The position numbers and the translations under genes were made by a program. Shown in pieces: positions 53,183 through 61,657 of a stretch of DNA of 64,000 bases. Under the pieces are notes generated by a model. That model did not search any database and was not told the origin of the DNA. It saw only the letters and a list, made by a program, of their open reading frames with translations. Each line of letters begins with the position of its first letter. Positions within the stretch are counted from its first letter, which is position 1. The DNA comes from a bacterium (GTDB taxonomy: Bacteria > Patescibacteriota > UBA1384 > CAILIB01 > JAUSJZ01): positions 4,540-68,539 of the forward strand of contig JAUSJZ010000010.1 of assembly GCA_030647115.1 (NCBI GenBank), written 5' to 3'.

Positions 53183-54455
53183 AACACTCATCACTATATT
53201 CAGAATTCCTGAATTAAGGAAAAGAATCTTGATAGTAGTGGGTTTGCTGGCCCTCACCAGAGTCGTTTCAGTTGTGCCATTACCTGGTGTTAGCGGCCAA
53301 CAGCTAGCCAATTTCTTTCAAGCCAATCAGGCTCTAAATCTACTCAACCTCTTTACCGGAGGCGGTCTGATGAATATCTCCATCGCTCTAATGGGAGTCG
53401 GACCATACATCACCGCTTCAATCATCTTCCAGCTACTGGGGTATATTATTCCTTCCTTAGAAAGTTTACAGAAGGAAGGTGAGATCGGCCGCCAGAAGAT
53501 TAATCAATACACCAGATTGGCCGCCGTGCCGCTGGCAATTATCCAATCTTTTGGTACCCTGACCCTGCTCCGAAATTCCGGAGTGATAGATAGCTGGAAT
53601 GCCTCATCTCTGTTATTAATGCTCACCGTTTCCACCGCTGGCACCCTCTTTTTAATGTGGATTGGTGAACTTATTTCAGAATACGGTATTGGTAACGGCA
53701 TGTCCCTCATCATCACCATTGGTATCATTGCCGGCTTTGAGAACTCATTTGCCCAAACTACCAGAAACGTTACCGCTGGAGGAACTTCTTCACTCAACCT
53801 AATCGTGTTTTTGGCCGTAGCTTTAATCACCCTGGCAGTAGTAGTCATGGTAACCGAAGGGGTCCGTAATATACCCATTACTTACGCCAGGAGTACCAGA
53901 GGCCGGGGTATGCTGGGCCGAGTAAACTCCACCCTACCGGTCAAGATTAATAGTGCCGGTGTCATACCAATTATCTTCGCCATCTCCTTAATACTGATAC
54001 CCTCAATCGCCGGCCAATTTTTTCAAAAAAGTGCCACTCTGTGGATAGCCCATACGGCTCAATTTCTCGTAACCGTTTTTGACCAACGTCACTGGTTTTA
54101 CTCACTGGCTTATTTTGTCTTGGTCTTTGCCTTCTCTTATTTCTACACCTTTATCATCATTAAGCCAGAAGAGATGGCGGAGAATCTGCAACGCCAAGGA
54201 GGTTTTGTCCCCGGTATTAGACCCGGTAACGATACGGCCTACTTTATTTATAATGTGGTTAATCGTCTGACCTTTCCAGGGGCCCTCTTTCTGGGTATTA
54301 TCGCCATCATGCCGATTGCCATCCAAAACATGACGAAAATACAGACAATATCGCTCGGCGGCACCAGTATTCTAATCGTTGTTAGCGTGGTTTTAGATAC
54401 GATACGACAGATTGAAACTCAAATTGCGGCCAGAACCTACGAACATATGGCATGA
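53169..54455 (+). CDS. secY: preprotein translocase subunit SecY
   Basis: 428 aa with 10 TM segments and conserved SecY signatures ([10 protein letters not shown]..). Confidence 0.95.
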   Translation: MKPLKTLITIFRIPELRKRILIVVGLLALTRVVSVVPLPGVSGQQLANFFQANQALNLLNLFTGGGLMNISIALMGVGPYITASIIFQLLGYIIPSLESLQKEGEIGRQKINQYTRLAAVPLAIIQSFGTLTLLRNSGVIDSWNASSLLLMLTVSTAGTLFLMWIGELISEYGIGNGMSLIITIGIIAGFENSFAQTTRNVTAGGTSSLNLIVFLAVALITLAVVVMVTEGVRNIPITYARSTRGRGMLGRVNSTLPVKINSAGVIPIIFAISLILIPSIAGQFFQKSATLWIAHTAQFLVTVFDQRHWFYSLAYFVLVFAFSYFYTFIIIKPEEMAENLQRQGGFVPGIRPGNDTAYFIYNVVNRLTFPGALFLGIIAIMPIAIQNMTKIQTISLGGTSILIVVSVVLDTIRQIETQIAARTYEHMA

Positions 54456-55105
54456 GAGCCTGTTCTACACTAGTTTTAATATCAATTATCATTATTTACG
54501 CCTATAGACTCGGCTACAACCGGGCGGCCGACAGTTTGAATATTGACGCTAATACTACCACTACCACAGTCTCCACCGGTGCCACCACAACACCGACCGA
54601 GACGGAAATTGTCGCCCAGGCGGAAACACTGACCGACGGCGCCGCTACGGTCACCCATAATGTTACCGACGGGGAGACCTTATTTCTGATCGGGTTGAAA
54701 TATGATGTGCTTTGGACAACCATCGCCAGCGCTAACGCAATCACCGAAAACACACCGTTAAAAACCGGTATGAAATTGATAATTCCACTTAATAAGAACG
54801 GCCAGGTTACCAAGACCGAAACCTTGAATATATCTGCTGATGACGGTCAGAAAACTCAAACTGTCGTTAACCACGGTGAACAGACCTGGCGAAAGGATGT
54901 CTTAGAAGTTGTACGGCGAACAATGCCAGTAGACTATCATTTAATTAACGATGACCCGTTGTCTATGACCGCCCAAGACAAGAGTGCCGGTACGGCTACG
55001 GTTGAGGTGCAACACGGAACACAAAAGTTTATAGTTGAACTAATACAACCCCAAGACAAGGGTGACAATGGTATCTGGTACATCGCTAAAATAAGTAATC
55101 TCTAA
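54452..55105 (+). CDS. LysM-domain membrane-anchored protein inserted between secY and adk
   Basis: 217 aa with an ATGA overlap with the secY stop. N-terminal TM (STLVLISIIIIYAY), Thr-rich linker, LysM (HNVTDGETLFLIGLKYDVLWTTIASANAI..LKTGMKLIIP) and a C-terminal globular region. Confidence 0.7.
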   Translation: MRACSTLVLISIIIIYAYRLGYNRAADSLNIDANTTTTTVSTGATTTPTETEIVAQAETLTDGAATVTHNVTDGETLFLIGLKYDVLWTTIASANAITENTPLKTGMKLIIPLNKNGQVTKTETLNISADDGQKTQTVVNHGEQTWRKDVLEVVRRTMPVDYHLINDDPLSMTAQDKSAGTATVEVQHGTQKFIVELIQPQDKGDNGIWYIAKISNL

Positions 55106-55761
55106 TGAAACGCTTTACTTTTTTGTTTGTGGGGCCACCTGGTAGTGGCAAAGGCACTCAAGCCGAGGCGGTTGCAGACAGCCTGGGGCTGCCACACGTC
55201 GATGTGGGCGCTCTGTTGCGAGAATTAGCCGATTTAGACAACAATACCGGACGGTTGATTAAGTCTTTAATGATAGCCGGTAAAACCGTACCAGAAGAGG
55301 TTGTTTTAGAGGAACTGCTGGTTCATTTAAAGATGCTTGATTTATCTAAGGGCCTAGTCTTAGACGGTTACTGTCGCACTCAAAAACAGGCTAAGGACCT
55401 GCTAAACTTACAGACCCAAGGGGTCATCCCACCCATTGTTGTCATCTCCATTAAGGTTGACGATAATTTATTGCAAGAACGCATCACCACCCGGAAATAC
55501 TGTGAGTTACGAAACGGCGAGAAAAAGAATATTGACAATAGTTTTAGTGTCATCGACTGCCAGCAGCAAGGGGGACACATCAGCAAACGGGCCGACGATA
55601 ATCTGACAACCTTTCACGAACGACTAAAGTTGTACCACGAGCAGACAGAACCGGCGATCGCCGACTTAAAAGAGACTTCGAAAGGCCTAATTATGGTTGA
55701 CGGTACGCCGCCAATTAAGTCGGTTGAGGCAACCATTGCTCAACAGATACAACATTTGTAA
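55105..55761 (+). CDS. adk: adenylate kinase
   Basis: 218 aa. P-loop GPPGSGKGTQ and LID region. Confidence 0.93.
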   Translation: MKRFTFLFVGPPGSGKGTQAEAVADSLGLPHVDVGALLRELADLDNNTGRLIKSLMIAGKTVPEEVVLEELLVHLKMLDLSKGLVLDGYCRTQKQAKDLLNLQTQGVIPPIVVISIKVDDNLLQERITTRKYCELRNGEKKNIDNSFSVIDCQQQGGHISKRADDNLTTFHERLKLYHEQTEPAIADLKETSKGLIMVDGTPPIKSVEATIAQQIQHL

Positions 55762-56537
55762 TGGCTTTAATAAAGACGCCAACCCAGTTAAACCTTATCA
55801 GACAGGCCGGGCAGAAATTGGCCCGGGTTTTGGTGGACATTAAGACTAGTGTCAAGCCCGGTGTCACGACCTTGGCCCTTGACCAACAGATAGGCAATCT
55901 CATTAGTAAAGAGAGGGCCACTCCGTCATTTTTGCACTATGAAGGTTACCCCTACACTACGTGTATTTCAGTCAACGAACAGGTTATCCACGCTTTTCCC
56001 AGTACCTACCAGCTAAAAGAGGGGGACATCGTCACTATCGATGTTGGTCTCTGGTATAAGAGAGTCTGCGTCGACGCTGCCCGCACCTATGCCGCTGGCG
56101 CGATATCAGATACCAACCGGACACTATTAACAACTACCCAGAAAGCCTTACAGGCTGGTATTGCTCAAGCGCAGGTGGGCCAGAGAATAGGTGCCGTTAG
56201 TAGTGCCATACAAGCAGTAGCTCAAGCCAATAAGCTGGGCATCGTCCGTTCATACACGGGCCATGGCGTCGGAACTGCCGTGCATGAGGATCCTTCAGTA
56301 CCCAACATTGGGGTAAAAACAGACGGGCCACAGATCAGAGCCGGTATGGTACTGGCTATAGAACCCATGTTTACCCTCGGTTCGGGTGACGTTTACACTG
56401 AAAATGACGGTTGGACCGTAGTAACGGTTGATAAGAGTTGGGCGGCTCAATTTGAGGACACGGTTATTGTGACGCCTCAAGGACCAGAAATAGTTACCAG
56501 ATTATTGCATAAAGTAAAAAAGTCTGATATTGTTTAA
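55761..56537 (+). CDS. map: type I methionine aminopeptidase
   Basis: 258 aa. Pita-bread fold metal ligands (D..D..H..E..E pattern; TGHGVG). Confidence 0.93.
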   Translation: MALIKTPTQLNLIRQAGQKLARVLVDIKTSVKPGVTTLALDQQIGNLISKERATPSFLHYEGYPYTTCISVNEQVIHAFPSTYQLKEGDIVTIDVGLWYKRVCVDAARTYAAGAISDTNRTLLTTTQKALQAGIAQAQVGQRIGAVSSAIQAVAQANKLGIVRSYTGHGVGTAVHEDPSVPNIGVKTDGPQIRAGMVLAIEPMFTLGSGDVYTENDGWTVVTVDKSWAAQFEDTVIVTPQGPEIVTRLLHKVKKSDIV

Positions 56538-56554
56538 GGGGTCTTCACCCATAT

Positions 56555-56860
56555 TTGTTTTTAATGTCCAAATCTGAAATACAATTTAACGGAGAAGTAA
56601 TAGAGGTTAAACCCAACACTACCTTCGATGTAGAACTAGAGAACGGCAGCATTATCTTAGCCAGGTTGGCCGGTAAACTGCGAGTCCACTACATCCGCAT
56701 TACCGAAGGAGACTGGGTTACAGTCGAGATGTCTCCTTATGATTTAACGAAGGGCAGAATTGTACGACGTTTAGATGAATATGAAAGTAAAAGACTATCA
56801 AGAGAGAAACAAAGTCATCAAACATTAGACGTAGATAATGAAAGTCCGAGCATCAGTTAA
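56555..56860 (+). CDS. infA: translation initiation factor IF-1 with ~27-aa C-terminal extension
   Basis: S1-like OB fold ([29 protein letters not shown]..). The ORF continues about 27 aa past the usual C-terminus, and its last 23 nt overlap rpmJ. Confidence 0.85.
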   Translation: MFLMSKSEIQFNGEVIEVKPNTTFDVELENGSIILARLAGKLRVHYIRITEGDWVTVEMSPYDLTKGRIVRRLDEYESKRLSREKQSHQTLDVDNESPSIS

Positions 56861-56954
56861 AAAAATGTGTATCAGTTGCCAAATAGTTCGCCGCGAGGGT
56901 GTCGTGCGGGTGATTTGTAAAAAAAATAAAAAACATAAACAACGTCAAGGCTAA
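56838..56954 (+). CDS. rpmJ: 50S ribosomal protein L36 (found by hand; below ORF-track cutoff)
   Basis: 38 aa ([38 protein letters not shown]). Canonical L36 zinc ribbon C-x2-C-x12-C-x4-H. Expected position between infA and rpsM. Confidence 0.85.
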   Translation: MKVRASVKKMCISCQIVRREGVVRVICKKNKKHKQRQG

Positions 56955-56956
56955 TT

Positions 56957-57337
56957 ATGCGTATCGCTGGTGTAAATATTGTTGATTCGGCCCAAGTGCA
57001 GAGCGGTTTAACAGCCGTTTACGGTATTGGTCGTAGTTTGAGCGAACAGATATGCCGTGAGTTGAATATTGACCCGTATAAAAAAGTCTCTGCTCTGACC
57101 GAGAGCGAAGATCAACTGCTTCGAGCGAAACTCGAAACTCTGAAGATCGAAGGTGACTTACGCTCCAGTATCCAACAGTACATCAAGCACCAGACCACTA
57201 TGAATAGCTATCGCGGTATCAGACATGCTAAAAAATTGCCGGTTCGCGGTCAGCGGACCAAGACCAATGCCCGTACTAAGCGTGGTAAAAAAATAACCGT
57301 CGGCAGCGGTCGTAAACCAACTGCCCAAAAGACCTAA
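56957..57337 (+). CDS. rpsM: 30S ribosomal protein S13
   Basis: 126 aa. MRIAGVNI N-terminus and basic C-tail. Confidence 0.95.
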   Translation: MRIAGVNIVDSAQVQSGLTAVYGIGRSLSEQICRELNIDPYKKVSALTESEDQLLRAKLETLKIEGDLRSSIQQYIKHQTTMNSYRGIRHAKKLPVRGQRTKTNARTKRGKKITVGSGRKPTAQKT

Positions 57338-57339
57338 CC

Positions 57340-57717
57340 ATGGCCAAAGCAACCAAAACAAAAAAGAAATCAATTGGCCTGGGCGTTTTATACGTCAATG
57401 CTAGCTTTAATAACACCATGCTAACCCTCACCGATAAAGAAGGTGACACCTTGGCCTGGTCTAGTAGTGGTAAAGAAGGTTTCTCGGGTTCTAAAAAATC
57501 AACTCCTTTTGCGGCTGCTCAAGTTACTAAAACCATTATTGAAGCCATGAAAAAGATGGGTATAACTCAATTAGAGATCATCGCCAGTGGCGTCGGCAAC
57601 GGTCGTGACTCTGCTTTGCGTATGGTATCTTCTTCCGGAGCCGATATTATTAGCATCGCCGACCGCACACCGATGCCTCACAACGGTTGCCGTCCCCGTA
57701 AAAGTAGAAGGGCTTAA
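57340..57717 (+). CDS. rpsK: 30S ribosomal protein S11
   Basis: 125 aa. GSKKSTPFAAQ motif. Confidence 0.95.
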   Translation: MAKATKTKKKSIGLGVLYVNASFNNTMLTLTDKEGDTLAWSSSGKEGFSGSKKSTPFAAAQVTKTIIEAMKKMGITQLEIIASGVGNGRDSALRMVSSSGADIISIADRTPMPHNGCRPRKSRRA

Positions 57718-58311
57718 ATGGCTAGAAATATAAACTCCTGCAAACAGTGCCGCCGGGCCGGTGAAAAACTATTCCTGAAAGGGGAACGCTGTTTGGGTCC
57801 AAAATGTGCCTTCACGAGACGCTCCTTTGCCCCCGGTATGCACGGTAATGCTCGTCAACGTCGATTATCAGATTATGGTGTCCAGTTGAGAGCCAAACAG
57901 AAAGCCAAACTGATTTATGGCTTACTAGAGAAACAATTCAGACGCTATATCGGTTTAGCCCAGAAGGCTGATAATACGGGGTTTGCCCTGTTGAGGTTAT
58001 TGGAGACCAGACTTGATAATATTGTCTATCGCACCGGTATGGCCTCTTCACACGCTGAAGCGCGACAGCTAGTCACCCACGGTCATGTAAAGGTAAATGG
58101 CGTAAAAAGCAGTATACCCAGCTATCAATGCCGTGCGGGTGATAAGATAGAGTTAGAGAAGGGACACGAGGTAAAAGAGAAACCAACTTCAGAGATGCCT
58201 GGTTGGTTGACATCTGACGGCAAAACAGCTACTGTTGGTGAGTTAAGCAGTCGTGATCAGATAGATACCAACCTTAATGAACAACTTATAATAGAATTTT
58301 ATACACGCTAA
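57718..58311 (+). CDS. rpsD: 30S ribosomal protein S4
   Basis: 197 aa. Zn-ribbon-like CKQCRRAGEKLFLKGERC and S4 domain. Confidence 0.95.
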   Translation: MARNINSCKQCRRAGEKLFLKGERCLGPKCAFTRRSFAPGMHGNARQRRLSDYGVQLRAKQKAKLIYGLLEKQFRRYIGLAQKADNTGFALLRLLETRLDNIVYRTGMASSHAEARQLVTHGHVKVNGVKSSIPSYQCRAGDKIELEKGHEVKEKPTSEMPGWLTSDGKTATVGELSSRDQIDTNLNEQLIIEFYTR

Positions 58312-58312
58312 T

Positions 58313-59239
58313 ATGTTTGACCACGAAATTTTTGTCAAGATGACCGAAGAGTCCGCTAAAGAGGCCACTTTTGAGATTGAGCCCCTAACGGCCGGATTTG
58401 GTCACACTATCGGTAACTCGCTCCGCCGAGTCTTATTGTCTTCGTTAGAAGGTGCAGCGGTTGATACTGTTAAGATCGAAGGGGCCGACCACGAATTCAC
58501 CACCATTCCCGGTGTGCGTGAAGATATTGTGGAAATTATTTTGAACTTAAAACAGCTCCGTTTTGACCTCAAAACAGATGAGGCAACCTTACTGCTCGAA
58601 AAATCTACTAAAGGTCCGGTGACCAGCAAAGATTTTAAACCCAACGCCGATTGTGCTCCCACTAGTTTAGATCAGCCGATCGCTAATATAAATGGCAGCG
58701 GCAAACTACAGCTGGAAATTGTAGTAAAAAAAGGCCGGGGTTATGTCACCGTGGAACAGAAAGACACCAAATCTAACCCGGTCGGTGTCATCAGTATCGA
58801 TAGCACTTATTCACCGGTGGTGGCCACTTCTTACGAGGTAGTGCACACCCGTGTCGGTCAAGAGACCAACCTCGATAAAATTGTCTTGCACCTAGAGACT
58901 GACGGCTCCGTCTCTCCTAAAGAGGCTCTAGCCGAATGCTCACAGGTACTAGTAGATCACTTTGTCAGAATTGGTGGCTTGCCCGAACAGCAGATTGAAC
59001 CCATCACTACCACTGCTAAAACAGAAACTGCAACCGCATCTACCGAGCCCTTAACACCAAAGATGAAAATTGAAGAAGCCGGCTTTTCGTCTCGAACCAC
59101 CAATGCGTTATTGACAGGCGGTTACAAAACCGTCAGTGGGCTATTGCGCTTGAGTGAAATTAAACTAGAGAGCATTAAAGGTTTAGGCGCGAAGGGACTG
59201 GCTGAAGTTAAAGAGGCCCTTGCCAGAGTAGATTTGTAA
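58313..59239 (+). CDS. rpoA: DNA-directed RNA polymerase subunit alpha
   Basis: 308 aa with an N-terminal dimerisation domain and a C-terminal domain (LSEIKLESIKGLGAKGLAEVKEAL). Confidence 0.95.
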   Translation: MFDHEIFVKMTEESAKEATFEIEPLTAGFGHTIGNSLRRVLLSSLEGAAVDTVKIEGADHEFTTIPGVREDIVEIILNLKQLRFDLKTDEATLLLEKSTKGPVTSKDFKPNADCAPTSLDQPIANINGSGKLQLEIVVKKGRGYVTVEQKDTKSNPVGVISIDSTYSPVVATSYEVVHTRVGQETNLDKIVLHLETDGSVSPKEALAECSQVLVDHFVRIGGLPEQQIEPITTTAKTETATASTEPLTPKMKIEEAGFSSRTTNALLTGGYKTVSGLLRLSEIKLESIKGLGAKGLAEVKEALARVDL

Positions 59240-59241
59240 TC

Positions 59242-59601
59242 ATGGCCAAACAGTTCAAACTATCCCGCAAGAAAGCTAATCGCGACGCTTTAATTAGCAA
59301 TCTGGTATCTAGTTTGATTGTGAATGGTCAAATTATGACAACTGAAAAGAGAGCCAAGGCGACCAAGCCGGTGGCCGAAAGAATACTCACCAAGGCACAA
59401 CAACCAACATTAGCCAACCAGCGTCTGATAAGATCATCAATAAACACGTTGGCAGCCGATTATTTGTTAAAAACACTCAGTCAAAAACTGCCTAAAAAAA
59501 ATGGCGGCCTGGTGCGTCTAGTGAAAGTCGTCGCCAGAAAAGGTGATGCCGCCGATAGAGCCAGTTTAATAATTACCACAAATGGAAAAGCGTTGGGTTA
59601 A
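59242..59601 (+). CDS. rplQ: 50S ribosomal protein L17
   Basis: 119 aa. Position after rpoA and similarity. Confidence 0.9.
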   Translation: MAKQFKLSRKKANRDALISNLVSSLIVNGQIMTTEKRAKATKPVAERILTKAQQPTLANQRLIRSSINTLAADYLLKTLSQKLPKKNGGLVRLVKVVARKGDAADRASLIITTNGKALG

Positions 59602-59956
59602 GATATCTGCCAAAGAGCAAAAGTTGGGTCGACTAGCTACCAAGGTGGCCGGTCTATTGATCGGTAAAGATTTACCGAACTTTCAGTCTAATCAAGGAGC
59701 GCTCACCCACGTGGTAGTCGTAGATTGTCGTGATATTGTCATTACAACCAGACGATTGACCGAAAATGTCTACCACCACACTGGTTATATTGGAAACCTA
59801 AAAACAACCACTCGAGCTGAAATGTCACCTACTGAAGTGGTCAGAAAAGCCATCTCTGGTATGTTACCCAAAAACAAAACCCGCCGGTCATTAATGCAGC
59901 ACCTGCACTGTCAATTAGAACACGATCATCCTTTTAAACAATATCTTAATGAATAA
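59582..59956 (+). CDS. rplM: 50S ribosomal protein L13
   Basis: 124 aa. LGRLAT..YHHTGYIGNLK motifs. 20-nt overlap with rplQ (start uncertain). Confidence 0.88.
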   Translation: MEKRWVKISAKEQKLGRLATKVAGLLIGKDLPNFQSNQGALTHVVVVDCRDIVITTRRLTENVYHHTGYIGNLKTTTRAEMSPTEVVRKAISGMLPKNKTRRSLMQHLHCQLEHDHPFKQYLNE

Positions 59957-60323
59957 GAGTACGACTCTAAGAGGTACCGGTAGAAGAAAATCGGCCGTGG
60001 CCCGGTCGATGTTCACCGCCGGTAAAGGCCTGGTAACTATTAATGGGCGCGAGGCTGAATTACCGGCCAATGCCGCCGCCCCACTTATTTTAGTCGGTAA
60101 AAGAGATGCTTTTGACATCAGTATCAAGGTTTCAGGAGGTGGTCTAACCGGTCAGGAAGGGGCGATGAGACATAGTATTGCCAACGCCCTGGTAGATTTT
60201 GACGCTGATCTTAGACCGACTTTGCGTAAGGCCGGCTATTTAACACGCGATGACAGAAGCAAGGAGCGCAAGAAATACGGTTTGAAAAAAGCCCGCCGCG
60301 CTCCCCAGTGGTCTAAACGATAG
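59949..60323 (+). CDS. rpsI: 30S ribosomal protein S9
   Basis: 124 aa with a C-terminal ..RAPQWSKR. Confidence 0.93.
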   Translation: MNKSTTLRGTGRRKSAVARSMFTAGKGLVTINGREAELPANAAAPLILVGKRDAFDISIKVSGGGLTGQEGAMRHSIANALVDFDADLRPTLRKAGYLTRDDRSKERKKYGLKKARRAPQWSKR

Positions 60324-60327
60324 CCTG

Positions 60328-60702
60328 ATGCGACGTGTCATCCCACTGACACTTGCCGGTATCGTCACCTTCTCTCTTTTACTCTGGAATATTCTGACTA
60401 CCAGCCCCATTGGGCACCCCCAGTTGAGCATTTTATTACCCTCTGTTCTCGGTCTAACCCTATTTTCATGGTTGATGTTTATTCGTCTATCTTTCGCCCG
60501 TAATAATAACGGCCAATCGACCCTCAAAACACTGATCAGACAGAATTTACTGATTGCAATCTTAAGTGGCAGTCTGCTCTATCTACAAGGCCTACGCGTG
60601 TTAACCCTCATAGATGCTATATTGTTAATAGCCGCCACTGTATTATTAGAATTATTTTTTATGTCGGAAAAGACCGATGTTCGAACACCGAAAGATGACT
60701 GA
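60328..60702 (+). CDS. hypothetical small integral membrane protein (about 4 TM)
   Basis: 124 aa with four hydrophobic stretches. It lies between rpsI and pheS and overlaps pheS by 26 nt. Confidence 0.5.
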   Translation: MRRVIPLTLAGIVTFSLLLWNILTTSPIGHPQLSILLPSVLGLTLFSWLMFIRLSFARNNNGQSTLKTLIRQNLLIAILSGSLLYLQGLRVLTLIDAILLIAATVLLELFFMSEKTDVRTPKDD

Positions 60703-61657
60703 ATTAAAAGCCACTATTAACCGCTTATTAGCCTCTTCCAAGCTTAGCCCGAGTGAAAAGTTGCACCAGATACTGGGTAGAAAGGGTATTTTAAAGGCTG
60801 CCTACGATGAATTGCCTGGGCTGAAGCAGGCAGAGCGAATTGAGCGGGGCCGGCTCTTGAATCGGTTGAAGCATAAAGTTCAGCAGCAACTTGAAGACAA
60901 TGACCTATCAACCGCTGATCCGGGCTTCGATTTAAGTCTGCCACCATTAGACCTACCCATTGGTACCATGCACCCGATCAACCAAACGATGGATCGGATG
61001 GTAGATATTTTTATGCGGTTGGGTTTTGAAATATTTACCGGACCGGAAATTGTATCGGACGAGAATAACTTCGGTCTGCTAAATTTCCCCGCTGACCACC
61101 CGGCCCGCGACACCCAAGATAGTTTCAGTTTGGTTAATAGCAAACTGATGCTGCGCACCCAAACGTCAGCCGTCCAAATACCAATTATGAAGAATCATGA
61201 CCTACCAATGCGTATCATTGTGCCAGGTAAGGCTTTTCGGCGCGAAGTTAATGCCACTCACATGCCCATGTTCCATCAATTGGAAGGGTTCATTGTCGAT
61301 GAACAGGTGCGCTTCACCGATTTAAAGGGTGTCTTGAGTGAATTTATGAAACAATTTTTCGGTCAGGAGTTAAAAATGCGTTTTCGAACACACTACTTTC
61401 CTTTCACCGAACCCAGTGCCGAAGTAGACATCTGGTGGCAGAGAGAGAGTGGCACCGGTCGATGGTTAGAAGTTTTGGGCTGTGGTATGATACACCCCCA
61501 GGTTTTAGAGAATGCCGGTATTAACAGCAAGAAATTTCAGGGTATTGCTTTTGGTCTCGGTTTAGAGAGACCCTTCATGTTAAGACATAAGGTCGATGAC
61601 ATGCGACTTTTATATGATAATGACGAATCATTTCTCAAATCATTCTTTCAACTATGA
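60677..61657 (+). CDS. pheS: phenylalanine--tRNA ligase alpha subunit
   Basis: 326 aa. Class II aaRS motifs (FPFTEPSAEVDIWW; GCGMIHPQVL). Confidence 0.95.
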   Translation: MFEHRKMTELKATINRLLASSKLSPSEKLHQILGRKGILKAAYDELPGLKQAERIERGRLLNRLKHKVQQQLEDNDLSTADPGFDLSLPPLDLPIGTMHPINQTMDRMVDIFMRLGFEIFTGPEIVSDENNFGLLNFPADHPARDTQDSFSLVNSKLMLRTQTSAVQIPIMKNHDLPMRIIVPGKAFRREVNATHMPMFHQLEGFIVDEQVRFTDLKGVLSEFMKQFFGQELKMRFRTHYFPFTEPSAEVDIWWQRESGTGRWLEVLGCGMIHPQVLENAGINSKKFQGIAFGLGLERPFMLRHKVDDMRLLYDNDESFLKSFFQL

